A stretch of 64,000 nucleotides of DNA from an uncultured Gammaproteobacteria bacterium (GCA_963748215.1 CAVVHS010000005.1:32001-96000); one strand, 5' to 3'. Counted from the first letter of the stretch, positions 1 to 9,993 are shown. Numbers and translations: made by a program. Notes: a model not told the origin generated them from the sequence alone.

Positions 1-330
1 CATGTCCTTCTCGCTGACCTTCTTGATCAGCTCGTGGCGCACGCTGCTCAGGCGCTTTTCACTGAGGTCGGTGCGCGTTGCCAGCTCGATCAGGGTGCCA
101 TCGAATATGTACTTGCCGTCGTTGGTGACATAGAACAGCTTGGTCCCGATCAGGACCTCGGACATCCCGGCCATCGGTGCCGGCGTAATGGAATCGACGG
201 TGACGTCAGGCAGCACGTTCCTGATCGCCTTGCGCACGGCGTCATCCGTACCGGTCCCGGCATTGACGAGGTGAACCGCCAGCGCCCCCAGGCCCAGCAG
301 GCAGACAGCAAAGAGTTGTTTTGTTTTCAT
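1..330 (-). CDS. dsbC: Disulfide isomerase DsbC, N-terminal part (runs off window start)
   Basis: Manual translation from ATG at 330: MKTKQLFAVCLLGLGALAVHLVNAG (signal peptide)...ITPAPMAGMSEVLIGTKLFYVTNDGKYIFDGTLIEL, the DsbC dimerization domain; directly downstream of xerD as in the conserved xerD-dsbC operon. Confidence 0.85.
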   Translation of the reverse strand, partial: MKTKQLFAVCLLGLGALAVHLVNAGTGTDDAVRKAIRNVLPDVTVDSITPAPMAGMSEVLIGTKLFYVTNDGKYIFDGTLIELATRTDLSEKRLSSVRHELIKKVSEKDM

Positions 331-434
331 AATGAATTCCAGGTTTGTTTTCAGGACAGGTGAAAGCTCTGACAGCAAAGCGGCAGGCAGGGTTCAGGCG
401 GACGTTCAAGCAACCAATCGCGCCTAAACCGTTC

Positions 435-1376
435 TCATCCGCGCGGGTGGTGTTGTGCATGCAGATCCTTGAGACGCTCACGTGCCACATGAGTATAGAT
501 CTGTGTCGTCGACAGGTCACTATGCCCCAGCAGCATCTGCACCACGCGCAGGTCCGCGCCGTGGTTGAGCAGGTGGGTCGCGAAGGCGTGACGCAGGGTA
601 TGCGGTGACAAGTGCTTGTTTATTCCGGCTTTTATAGCATGCAGTCGGAGTCGGTGCCAGAATGTCTGGCGAGTCATGCCCTGGCCGCGGCGCGACACAA
701 ACAGGTGGTGGGACGCCACCGCCAGCTGCGGGCGCGACTCATCGAGGTAGCGCTGCAGCCACTCCACGGCCTCCTCGCCCAGCGGCACCAGGCGTTCCTT
801 GCTGCCCTTGCCCATCAGTCGTACCACACCCTGGGTAAGGTTGACCTGGTCGGTGGTCAGGCCGACCAGCTCGGACACGCGCAGGCCACAGGCGTACAGC
901 AGTTCCAGCATGGCGCGGTCGCGCAGGCCCAGGGCGTCGCCGGTATCCGGGGCGTGTAACAGCTCGTCCACTTCCTGCTCGCTCAGGGTGTCCGGCAACG
1001 GCCGGCCGATACGCGGTGATTCGATGCGCACGCTGGGGTCTTCGGTAATGCGGCCCTCACGCACCAGGTGCCGGTAGAAACGGCGCAGCGAGGACAGCAG
1101 GCGGGCCGTGGTGCGGGGTTTTGCCCCGTCCATCACCCGCGCCGAGAGATAGTCCAGCAGATCCTGGCGCCGGGCCTCCAGCAGCGTCCGGCCCTGCGGC
1201 AGCAGCCAGGCGGCCAGCCCGGCGAGGTCGTTGCGGTAGGCCGCCAGCGTGTGATCGCTCAGGCCGCGCTCCATCCACAGCGCATCGGCGAAATGCTCGA
1301 TCTCGCGCAACTCGGCCGCCAGCGCCGCAGCCTCCGGCGTTTCAGCCGCAGTCACGGCGGGACGGGTTCGCTTCAC
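435..1376 (-). CDS. xerD: Site-specific tyrosine recombinase XerD
   Basis: RDRAMLELLYACGLRVSEL, GKGSKERLVP, SPHTLRHAFATHLLNHGADLRVVQMLLGHSDLSTTQIYTHV, C-terminal HHPRG. Confidence 0.97.
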   Translation of the reverse strand: MKRTRPAVTAAETPEAAALAAELREIEHFADALWMERGLSDHTLAAYRNDLAGLAAWLLPQGRTLLEARRQDLLDYLSARVMDGAKPRTTARLLSSLRRFYRHLVREGRITEDPSVRIESPRIGRPLPDTLSEQEVDELLHAPDTGDALGLRDRAMLELLYACGLRVSELVGLTTDQVNLTQGVVRLMGKGSKERLVPLGEEAVEWLQRYLDESRPQLAVASHHLFVSRRGQGMTRQTFWHRLRLHAIKAGINKHLSPHTLRHAFATHLLNHGADLRVVQMLLGHSDLSTTQIYTHVARERLKDLHAQHHPRG

Positions 1377-1441
1377 GGCGGGTCTGTATCAGGCTATTCT
1401 GCACCCCCGCACCATACGATCACAGCGAAACAACCGCAACC

Positions 1442-2560
1442 ATGACCGATTCACACACACCTGCCACGTCTGTCCGGCAACCGCCGGAAATGAGCGCCCT
1501 GCTCGCGATCGTCCGCGACATGGTGGGCCAGGTGCACCCGAAATGGAAAAACCTGCACTTCACGCCCAACACCCACCTGGAACGGGAACTGGGCCTGGAC
1601 AGTATCGCGCGCACGGAGTTGCATGTGCGCCTGGAACAGGCACTCGAAGTGTCCCTGGCCGAAGGCGCCGGGGTGTGCGCCGCCACACCCCACGACCTGA
1701 TGCGGGCCGTGCGCGCCGCGCTGGCCAGCGATGCCAGCTACCGGCCCTGCCCGGAACAGACCGGGGCCAGCGAGTCCGCCGATCTGCTGATGGGCGAGTT
1801 CGTCAATCCGGCGGATACCACCGCCATCGACCGTCGGCATACCCCGGGCGAATGGCTGTATGCCATCTACACCTGGCCGGTGTTCGTCATCCTCGGGATA
1901 CTGGCCTGGATACTGGTGGTCTTCACGCCGACCGAGCACGGCCGCCGCAAGATGGCGCACTGGTGCGCGCGGCTGCTGTGCTACTGCACCTTCACGCCCC
2001 TGAAGGTGAGCGGCCACGAGCACCTCGACCCGCATCAGGCGCAGATCATCGTCGCCAACCACGCCAGTTACCTGGACGGCTTCATCGTCACCGCGGCGCT
2101 GGACGTACCGATCCACTTCATCGTCAAGGGCGAACTGGCGCGCATCCTGCCGGTACGCCTGATCCTGGAACGCTTCGGCGTGGAATTCGTCGACCGCTTC
2201 AATGCCAACAAGGGCAGCAGCGACGTCAAGCGCATCGCCGACAAGTCGCGCAACGGCCAGTCCATCGTGTTCTTCCCGGAAGGCACCTTCACCACCTTCG
2301 AGGGCCTGCAGCCATTCCGCATGGGCGCCTTCGTCACCGCCGCCCGCGCCCGTGTGCCGGTGGTACCGGTCGCCATCCGCGGCGCCCGCAACATGGTGCG
2401 CGGCGACGACTGGTTCCCGCGCCGCGGCAGCATCGATGTCACGATCTGCGAGCCGATCCAGCCCCGGGGCGAAGGCTGGCAGGTCGCGCTGGACCTGCGC
2501 GACGCCGCACGTCACGAGATTGCAAAGTATTGCGGGGAACCTGATTTGGTCGGCGAGTGA
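1442..2560 (+). CDS. Acyl-carrier (PP-binding) domain fused to 1-acyl-sn-glycerol-3-phosphate acyltransferase (PlsC-like)
   Basis: N-terminal LERELGLDSIARTEL phosphopantetheine-site motif; TM segment; NHASYLD and FFPEGT acyltransferase motifs; start chosen at ATG 1442. Confidence 0.85.
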   Translation: MTDSHTPATSVRQPPEMSALLAIVRDMVGQVHPKWKNLHFTPNTHLERELGLDSIARTELHVRLEQALEVSLAEGAGVCAATPHDLMRAVRAALASDASYRPCPEQTGASESADLLMGEFVNPADTTAIDRRHTPGEWLYAIYTWPVFVILGILAWILVVFTPTEHGRRKMAHWCARLLCYCTFTPLKVSGHEHLDPHQAQIIVANHASYLDGFIVTAALDVPIHFIVKGELARILPVRLILERFGVEFVDRFNANKGSSDVKRIADKSRNGQSIVFFPEGTFTTFEGLQPFRMGAFVTAARARVPVVPVAIRGARNMVRGDDWFPRRGSIDVTICEPIQPRGEGWQVALDLRDAARHEIAKYCGEPDLVGE

Positions 2561-2768
2561 TTCAGCTTGGCCGGGATTCACCACAGCAAGCACCGGGAAC
2601 CCGCAGGATGCGGTGAGCCTGTGAACCGCATCAAGCGAGGATAACGCGTGCACATCCGTGGAAAACCCGGCCTGGCGGGTGATTCAAACCGGTCAATCGA
2701 ATTCAGCCACAGAGGGCGATCTATAGAAAAACGGGCTCTTCCCCGAATCGAGTGGGTAGATTACCGTT

Positions 2769-3020
2769 GCAGGACCGAATTCATTCGGCCAACAGCCTGT
2801 TGCCACTGGAGACAAGGTGGTCTCCACGTCCTGTCGCGCATTGGGCAGGTGAGCGTCATTCCCTGCACCATCAAGTCTATTGCATCACCACGGTTAACCG
2901 CGGTCGTCATACTTTGTTTACGGATATCACCGCAGCACGCCTGCTGGTTCGCGAATGGTCGAATGAATTCGACCCTACAGGTCTGATTGTGAAACACCGT
3001 TGGCCGAATTCATTCGACCA
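2769..3020. repeat. Three REP-like palindromes (GTAGGGTCGAATTCATTCGACCA family)
   Basis: Copies at 2769-2791 (+), 2956-2978 (-, intact GTAG end) and 2999-3020 (+). Confidence 0.75.
2848..2955 (+). pseudogene. N-terminal remnant of REP-associated tyrosine transposase (RAYT)
   Basis: Frame reads GERHSLHHQVYCITTVNRGRHTLFTDITAARLLVRE, resembling the RAYT N-terminus, then is cut by a REP before the HUH motif; no proper start. Confidence 0.65.
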
Positions 3021-3173
3021 ACAACCTTGCCATCAGAAGGAGTGCGTATCGTCTAAATTGAGTGTTACCCACTCAGTCAGGGGAAGATCCAAAAATGTAT
3101 CCGGCCCTGTTATTGACAGATAAACGGGGTAAACACGCATCTCGGGATCAGCACCACCCCGACAGCCGGCCTG

Positions 3174-3545
3174 TTATTGCATTGAATGCAGGCCGAACAT
3201 ATTACCTTCGGTATCCAGCACCAGGGCAATGAAACCGTATTCGCCGATGGATATTTTCTCCCGCTGCACGCGCCCACCATTCGCGGCAACGCGCCCTGCC
3301 TCGACGGCGCAGTCCGCGCAGCCGAAATAGACCAGGGTACTGTTGCCGCCCGAAGGCACGCCGTCCATCCTGACCAGCGAACCACCGGCACCGGGACGGC
3401 CCGGCTCCATCGGGAACCGCCACATCTCGATATCCGGCATGGTCAGGCGTTCCAGGCTGACCTGGAACACTGCTTCGTAGAAAGCCCTGGCACGCGGCAT
3501 GTCCTGCACGTAGATTTCAAACCAGCCTACCGGGTTGTTGGTCAT
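3174..3545 (-). CDS. VOC/glyoxalase family protein
   Basis: MTNNPVGWFEIYVQDMPRARAFYEAVF...DTEGNMFGLHS. Confidence 0.9.
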   Translation of the reverse strand: MTNNPVGWFEIYVQDMPRARAFYEAVFQVSLERLTMPDIEMWRFPMEPGRPGAGGSLVRMDGVPSGGNSTLVYFGCADCAVEAGRVAANGGRVQREKISIGEYGFIALVLDTEGNMFGLHSMQ

Positions 3546-3685
3546 GACTGCCTCCAGCGAATGGTCGAACGGCTGGATCAAGCGTAGTCACTGTGGCCGT
3601 TTTTTTTCCATGCCCGGTTGCCGGGTGCAGCGTTTCGGCCATGACCAGAGGGGTAATAAGGGGACCCCGTCCCCATTCCCCTCGG

Positions 3686-3976
3686 CTACAGATTGGCGGC
3701 TCGCTCGAAAAGACACTCGAATGACCCCATCTCGAATTCACGGCAAACCCATGGCCGCCGCTCGTAAATCGTACAAAGCATGGTGTTTCGATCCAGCGCC
3801 GAACACCAGCCATCGTCCAGCCGTGCCATGCGCCTCCCGCCCCACCGGTCTGTTTCAATATAAGTCTCCGGCACACCGGTTTCGGTAATGAGCAAGACTT
3901 CCAGGCGGCAACAGCAGGCCTCGCAGTTTGCACAGGTCACTTTTGTATCAGGCAGAGTTGTTGCATCGATGCTCAT
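3686..3976 (-). CDS. YkgJ-family CxxCxxCC cysteine-cluster protein
   Basis: CANCEACCC...CSALD...CTIYERRPWVCREF. Confidence 0.9.
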   Translation of the reverse strand: MSIDATTLPDTKVTCANCEACCCRLEVLLITETGVPETYIETDRWGGRRMARLDDGWCSALDRNTMLCTIYERRPWVCREFEMGSFECLFERAANL

Positions 3977-4012
3977 GAATCACGCGTGATGGGTGTCAGT
4001 ACACCAGTAATC

Positions 4013-4125
4013 AGGGAATCTCTGGTTAATTCGTCATGCCGGCGAAGGCCGGCATCCAGGTCATTGAAAAATCTGGATCCCGGCATGCGCCGGGATGACA
4101 ATGAGTGAATTAATCAGAGGCTCCT
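4013..4125. mobile_element. MITE-like repeat with terminal inverted repeats (GGAAYCTCTGRTTAATTC) enclosing GTCATGCCGGCGAAGGCCGGCATCCA palindromes
   Basis: Near-identical second copy at 17171-17271; outer inverted repeats and inner hairpins visible. Confidence 0.75.
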
Positions 4126-4178
4126 CGAAATATAAGTGAAAATTGTGCTCTGACACCCTTTGTACCTGCGCGAGACAG

Positions 4179-4880
4179 CTATGGCATCACCAGTTCGATC
4201 GTCCCGTTTACCGTCACCCGCACCTCGCTCTCCCCGCCTTCCACCGCAACCGGCGCATCCGCGGTCTCCATGGCCATGGTCGCGACGCGCGCGCGGTACA
4301 GGATCGGCGGCTGCTGCGCGGAGGTGCCGACATTGATGGCGACGACCCGGTAATCGCCGGCCTTGAGGTTGGCGCTGACGATCTTCGCACGGGTCTTGAA
4401 CGCCTCCAGCGCGCTGTCGATCAGGCGATTCTCGACGGCGACGCGTTTCTCGTCGGAGACGGTGAAATTCATGGAGTTGATCTTCAGGCGTGCCTGCAGT
4501 TTTCCGACCAGTTCGCTGAGCACCTCGCTGTCGCGGCTCTCCAGCGTCAGGGTTTGCTGACCGCGCCAGCCCTTGGTGGTCAGATTGTCCTTGGACGGCA
4601 GCGGCCAGGTCTGGTAGCCGCCGGTACTGACCTTGACCGTCTTGTGCTGCTTCGCCAGCGACAGCGCCCACTCCATGTCCTGGTTGATCTGCGCCGCCAG
4701 TTTCGTCGCCTCGCGGTGCTCGCCAAAGGTGTTCATGCTCACGTGCATGGTGTCGTTGCTGACCTGTTCGGATACCTGCGCGTCCAGGTTGACCTGGTTG
4801 TAGCGTGGCGCCTCCCCGGCCAAGGCCGGCATAGCGCCGCACAGTCCGGCCAGCAGCCACAGTGTCGCCAGCGTCTTCAT
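4179..4880 (-). CDS. SIMPL (DUF541) domain periplasmic protein
   Basis: Signal peptide MKTLATLWLLAGLCGAMPALA; WRGQQTL, LIDSALEAFKTRAKIV, EGGESEVRVTVNGTIEL; ATGA overlap with thioredoxin stop. Confidence 0.85.
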   Translation of the reverse strand: MKTLATLWLLAGLCGAMPALAGEAPRYNQVNLDAQVSEQVSNDTMHVSMNTFGEHREATKLAAQINQDMEWALSLAKQHKTVKVSTGGYQTWPLPSKDNLTTKGWRGQQTLTLESRDSEVLSELVGKLQARLKINSMNFTVSDEKRVAVENRLIDSALEAFKTRAKIVSANLKAGDYRVVAINVGTSAQQPPILYRARVATMAMETADAPVAVEGGESEVRVTVNGTIELVMP

Positions 4881-5257
4881 GCCTTGTTGTCCTGTTGCGC
4901 GCCCTGCTCGGCCACCTGGCGGCGCACCTCGTCCATGTCGAGTTCCTTCACTTTCTCGACAATCGAGGCCAGCGCGGCGGGCGGCAGCGCACCCGGCTCT
5001 GCATAGACGATGATCTGCTGGCGGAACACCATCAGCGTGGGTATGGAGCGAATCTGGAAGTGCCCGGCAAGTTCGCGCTCCTCCTCGGTATTGATCTTGG
5101 CGAATACGACGTCCGGGTGCGACTCCGACATGGATTCGAATACCGGCGCGAACTGCCGGCACGGGCCGCACCATGGCGCCCAGAAATCCAGCAGTACGAT
5201 GTCGTTGCCGGTGACGGTGCTGTCGAAGGTGTCCCTGGTGATTTCGATGACTGCCAT
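4877..5257 (-). CDS. Thioredoxin
   Basis: DFWAPWCGPCRQF, IRSIPTL. Confidence 0.95.
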   Translation of the reverse strand: MAVIEITRDTFDSTVTGNDIVLLDFWAPWCGPCRQFAPVFESMSESHPDVVFAKINTEEERELAGHFQIRSIPTLMVFRQQIIVYAEPGALPPAALASIVEKVKELDMDEVRRQVAEQGAQQDNKA

Positions 5258-5345
5258 AACCCTGCTCTCCGGAAATTAGCCATGCCGGTAAGTATAACGC
5301 AGCGGGTACAGGGAATGGATTCAGCAAACCCGGAACGAGGTCGGA

Positions 5346-7013
5346 CTACTGGTCGGAACTGCGACGCCTGGGCGCGACGTCGCTGCTTTCCTGCTGATAG
5401 GTCATGTCGAGTTCGATGCGGTTGCGACCCAGGCGCTTGGCACGGTACAGCGCCTTGTCGGCGCGTTCGATGAAAGCGCCGGCCGATTCGCCCGGTTTGT
5501 ACAGCGACACGCCGGCGGAGAAGGTCGGCACGTCGGAGACCGTGCCATTGGACTGCCAGCGCGTCTCGTTGGCACGGCGCCGCACCTTGTTGAGCGCGCG
5601 GATGGTGCCATCGGAGTCGGTGTTCGGCAGCAGCACGGCGAATTCCTCGCCGCCGTAGCGCGCCACCATATCGTGGTGACGGAAGATGGACAGGATATTG
5701 CGCGAATACACGCGCAGCACCTCGTCACCGGCGGCGTGACCGTGCTCGTCGTTCACCGCCTTGAAATGGTCGAGGTCGATCAGCACGAACGACAGCGGGA
5801 AGCCGTAACGCTGCACGCGCGCCACCTCGTCTTCCAGGCGGCGCATGAAGGCGCGCCGGTTCGGCAGCCCGGTGAGTTCATCGGTCAGGCTGAGCAGGCG
5901 CACCCGCGTCAGCTCGTCGGTCAGCTGGCGGCTGTCGGATTCGTAGAGCTGCAGGTAGTGGTGCGTGGTGTCGAGCTTGTCGGCCAGGTCGTGATGACCG
6001 CCCAGCGCCTTCTCGACTTCGCGGATGAGCTTCCAGCGGACATTCTCCAGTTCCGCGGGATCCTCGATCTGGCGCAGCTCGTCGAGGGTCTTTTCCAGCA
6101 CCACGCCGAATTCCTCGTTCTTGCCGATGGTCTCGATGACCTGCTCGCCCAGCGTCGCCTGCAGCTTGGCGATGTCATCGCGGCGCGCCTCCAGCTCGCT
6201 GCGGTGGAGTGACTTGAGATCCTGTCCGGCCGGGATTTCCTCGCTGATTTCCGGCGCAGCCGGTTCCGGTTCAGCCGGCAAGGACCCGGCAGTCTCTTCG
6301 ACGCCGGCCTGCTCTGCCGGCAAGGGCCCGGCAATGTCTTCGACGCCGGCCTGCTCCGCCGGCAAGGGTCCGGTAACGGCTTCGGGCGCGGCCTGCAGGC
6401 GCCGCTCGGGTGCCAGCGAGATCGGCCGCATCACCTCGGCGAGATGCTCCACCGCCTCCAGTGCAGCATCGTCTTCTTCCGTCTCCAGGTCCTCTTCCGG
6501 CTCGGCCACCGGTACAACACTCTCCGCCGCCGTGGCGAAACTTTCCACCTCGGGATAACGCCGCGGCGCATCGGGCACGGCGTCGATGCCGAACGCAGCG
6601 AGCAGCGGGTTGATGGCAGCGAGCATGACATCGGCTTGCAGCGTTTTGCTGTCACGCATCTGTTGCGCACAGTCATCGATGAAGCCGCGCATGGTGACAA
6701 GTTCGGACGAGGTCAGCGGTGGCTGCAGGCGCGCCTGCAACAGCCTGATCTGGAGGTAGGCCGAGGTACCGGGGGTGTGGTGCGCGCTGAAGGCCTCGAG
6801 CAGAACGTTGACGAAGCCGGCATAGGCCATCTGGGACTCGAGGTGGCTGGTGGCCATATCATCCAGCATGCCCTCGACCTGGCGGTAGATGACGGTGCCG
6901 GCTGGCGAGTTGCGCAGCGAGCCGAGCAGCTGCAACAGCTTGCGCATGCCGCTGGGATCAAGCTCCTCCGGTCTGTCCAAACCCGCCGCCATAAAGGTCT
7001 CCTGCCTGTCCAT
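5346..7013 (-). CDS. GGDEF diguanylate cyclase with acidic low-complexity linker
   Basis: TDELTGLPNRR, DLDHFKAVND, RHHD I-site, RYGGEEF, ADKALYRAK. Confidence 0.95.
   Translation of the reverse strand: MDRQETFMAAGLDRPEELDPSGMRKLLQLLGSLRNSPAGTVIYRQVEGMLDDMATSHLESQMAYAGFVNVLLEAFSAHHTPGTSAYLQIRLLQARLQPPLTSSELVTMRGFIDDCAQQMRDSKTLQADVMLAAINPLLAAFGIDAVPDAPRRYPEVESFATAAESVVPVAEPEEDLETEEDDAALEAVEHLAEVMRPISLAPERRLQAAPEAVTGPLPAEQAGVEDIAGPLPAEQAGVEETAGSLPAEPEPAAPEISEEIPAGQDLKSLHRSELEARRDDIAKLQATLGEQVIETIGKNEEFGVVLEKTLDELRQIEDPAELENVRWKLIREVEKALGGHHDLADKLDTTHHYLQLYESDSRQLTDELTRVRLLSLTDELTGLPNRRAFMRRLEDEVARVQRYGFPLSFVLIDLDHFKAVNDEHGHAAGDEVLRVYSRNILSIFRHHDMVARYGGEEFAVLLPNTDSDGTIRALNKVRRRANETRWQSNGTVSDVPTFSAGVSLYKPGESAGAFIERADKALYRAKRLGRNRIELDMTYQQESSDVAPRRRSSDQ
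6274..6373. repeat. Intragenic 42-bp tandem repeat (about 2.4 copies) encoding GPLPAEQAGVEx2A
   Basis: Units start at 6274, 6316 and 6358. Confidence 0.85.
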
Positions 7014-7108
7014 GGGCCAGTGCAGGACGTTCCGTGTCCTGTGATTTTTCTTGGCCCAACCTTACAGGGTGTTCACTCGTTCGCCCAGTCCGTTGCTTGC
7101 GTTGTTCT

Positions 7109-7126
7109 TGTAAACAAGGGGTTACA
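7109..7126. promoter_or_regulatory. 18-bp palindromic operator TGTAAA-N6-GTTACA upstream of the GGDEF gene
   Basis: tgtaaacaaggggttaca; resembles TyrR/PhhR (TGTAAA-N6-TTTACA) and GacA (TGTAAG-N6-CTTACA) boxes. Confidence 0.4.
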
Positions 7127-7235
7127 GGACATTGTTACGACCGCATGTCACATAATTGACGGTGAAAGTGTAACAGGTAAGGTCTGCCGTTTAACAGTGG
7201 TACAAAAGTACTAATCACAGCCTGAAGCCGCCACG

Positions 7236-7260
7236 AAAAAGGCCGGCATGCGGCCGGCCT
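7236..7260 (-). terminator. Rho-independent terminator after adk
   Basis: aggccggc/gccggcct hairpin followed on minus strand by a T run. Confidence 0.7.
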
Positions 7261-7281
7261 GGTTCGCGTAGCAGCAGGTAA

Positions 7282-7983
<702 letters not shown>

Positions 7984-8050
7984 TTATCCCTGCCCGCCCC
8001 GCCAATGGCCAGACAACAGAATAAATGGGGGGATGTAGGGTATTTATGTG

Positions 8051-8105
8051 TAGAACCTGTCTCATAATCCCCCGCGCGCCGCGGGGGATTATGAGACAGG
8101 TTCTA
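8051..8105. repeat. Perfect 26-bp-arm palindrome, possible collapsed IS/MITE (fused terminal inverted repeats)
   Basis: tagaacctgtctcataatcccccgcg-cgc-cgcgggggattatgagacaggttcta with TA at both ends. Confidence 0.7.
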
Positions 8106-8106
8106 T

Positions 8107-9330
8107 TCAATTCAGCTGGATGCGCTGTCCCCAGGGCACCGGGCCGCGCCCCTTGACCAGCCACAGCACCGGGAAACGCGGCTCGCGTTTGGGGAATTCG
8201 CCTTCCGCGTCAGTGAAATACACCAGCAGGTCCGGATTGCAGCCACTCTCGTCCACCCACTCGAACGGCGGCGTGAAGCGGGTGCCACCCCCGCCGCGGA
8301 TGTCCGCTGGCAGTTCGAAGGCCTCCCAGGGCTCGAACACCCAGGGTCCCTCCGGCGACAGCGCCGCGTCGCAGGCCAGCAGCGTGACGCGTGCCCGCAC
8401 CTGGCCCTTGATGGCATCGATCTCGGTGACAAACTCGCGCATCTCCTCCGCCCGGATCGAGCCGCTGGTGTCCAGCACCACGACGATGTCGGTCTGCGTG
8501 CTGCGCAGGCTGGGGAAGATGGCCTCGCCTTCGCGGCGCGAGGGACGCATGTAGCTGTAGTCGTCGCGCGCGACCGCGGTCATGTAGCGTGCCAGCAGCA
8601 TGCGCCACGGCAACTGCGGCTGCAGCAGGTGGTCAACCAGCCGGCGCAGCGCGCCGCCGAGCTTGCCGGCCTGCATGGCCTGCTGCGCGGCACCGGCCAG
8701 ACGCTGCCGCCACTGAATGGAAAGCTGTTCTTTTTCAGCTTCGCTGAGTGCTTGCGGCGCGCCGGCGTCGTGCTCCTCCGTCCCGGCACCCGAACCACCG
8801 CCAGCCCCTTCCTCGCTGCTGTCGTCCGGCTTGTCCGGCTGGCTGTCCTCACCCGGATCCTGCTGCTGGTTCGACTTCGTCTCCTTGCCGTACAGGTGCT
8901 GGTCGTGCGGTTCTTCCTCGTTGTTCTCCTTGACCAGCGGGTAGATCTCCTCCGCCATCATGCCTTCGTAGCCGATGTTGTACAGCGCGCCCGGCACCGC
9001 CGTCATGCCTTCCCTGATCAGGATCGGGTTGATGGCGAGGTCGCAGGCCACGTCCCAGCGCTGGCGGTTGCGGTGTTCGCGACGCGCGAAGTGGGACAGC
9101 GCGCAGTGCAGCGCCTCGTGCGCCAGTGCGAACTGGGTCTGCTCCAGCGACAGACTGTCGATCCAGTCCGGGTTGTAGTAGAACGCGCGTGCGTCGGTGC
9201 CGATGGTCTTGCACCACTTCGGATCCGCCACCTTCATCGGCATGCGCAGCACCAGCGCGCCCAGGAACGGCCGGTCGAGGATCAGCCGCGTGCGCGCGGC
9301 GGAGAGCTTGGTTTCTATTTCATCGGACAT
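8107..9330 (-). CDS. DUF2201-type putative metallopeptidase with C-terminal VWA domain
   Basis: LAHEALH (HExxH), WDVACDLAIN, MIDAS DTSGS, GGGGTRF, YFTDAEG. Confidence 0.9.
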   Translation of the reverse strand: MSDEIETKLSAARTRLILDRPFLGALVLRMPMKVADPKWCKTIGTDARAFYYNPDWIDSLSLEQTQFALAHEALHCALSHFARREHRNRQRWDVACDLAINPILIREGMTAVPGALYNIGYEGMMAEEIYPLVKENNEEEPHDQHLYGKETKSNQQQDPGEDSQPDKPDDSSEEGAGGGSGAGTEEHDAGAPQALSEAEKEQLSIQWRQRLAGAAQQAMQAGKLGGALRRLVDHLLQPQLPWRMLLARYMTAVARDDYSYMRPSRREGEAIFPSLRSTQTDIVVVLDTSGSIRAEEMREFVTEIDAIKGQVRARVTLLACDAALSPEGPWVFEPWEAFELPADIRGGGGTRFTPPFEWVDESGCNPDLLVYFTDAEGEFPKREPRFPVLWLVKGRGPVPWGQRIQLN

Positions 9331-9399
9331 TTCTCCATTTTGCCACAAGTATCAATAGCGATTGTGACTTCGCTATCTCTGGATTTTCTTAGCATCAGG

Positions 9400-9992
9400 T
9401 TTCGCCCTGTCGGGCGAGGTACTTTTCTTTGCTTCGCCAAAGACTAATTCGCCGGGAGCGGATTTGGACAGCCGCAGGCTGGCCCGCAGGGCGAAGTCCA
9501 TGGACGGACTTCGCAAAAGTACCCAACAACGACTGCCCCGGAGGCTGGGTTGTCAAAACACCCAGATATACAAGGCCGCTGCGCAGCCTTGCCCATGCGC
9601 TTCTCGACGGTTTGGGACCATTTCTACAAGCCCGCTACGCAGGCTTGCCCGTCAGGATTTGCCGCGCCTTCGGCTAGCAAATCCAGCTCGACAGGGCGGC
9701 TCGCACTGATACTAAAATCCCGCTACGCAGGATTTGGCTGCGATGCTCGGCTGTGCCTGGCGGGACCAAAATGCACCACCCTTTCCCCGTTGGCCGCGCC
9801 GAGTACCGCAGTCAAGCCGGGATCAAGGCGCGCACCCTGTCCGAGGCAAGCCGGAGCGGGATGAACATCCCGCTCCGGCTCCGAGTTGTGCGCGCCCCCG
9901 GCTTGGCGAGGAACGGAGGTGTTCGGCGAAGCCGACGCGGCCAGCGGGTGCCCTTCTCTTTGGGTACTTTCTCTTGGGCACGCGAGAGTACC
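9400..9992. mobile_element. Composite structured non-coding insertion of MITE-like repeats between the AAA ATPase and VWA genes
   Basis: GGTACTTT(T)CT ends at ~9418 and ~9963, many hairpins, nested GCCGGGAGCGGATTTGGACAGCC...TTCGC unit at 9451-9514; no credible ORF. Confidence 0.6.
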
Positions 9993-9993
9993 T

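Noticed and set aside
435-1376. Tyrosine recombinase as phage/island integrase
   Set aside because: Canonical XerD sequence in xerD-dsbC context
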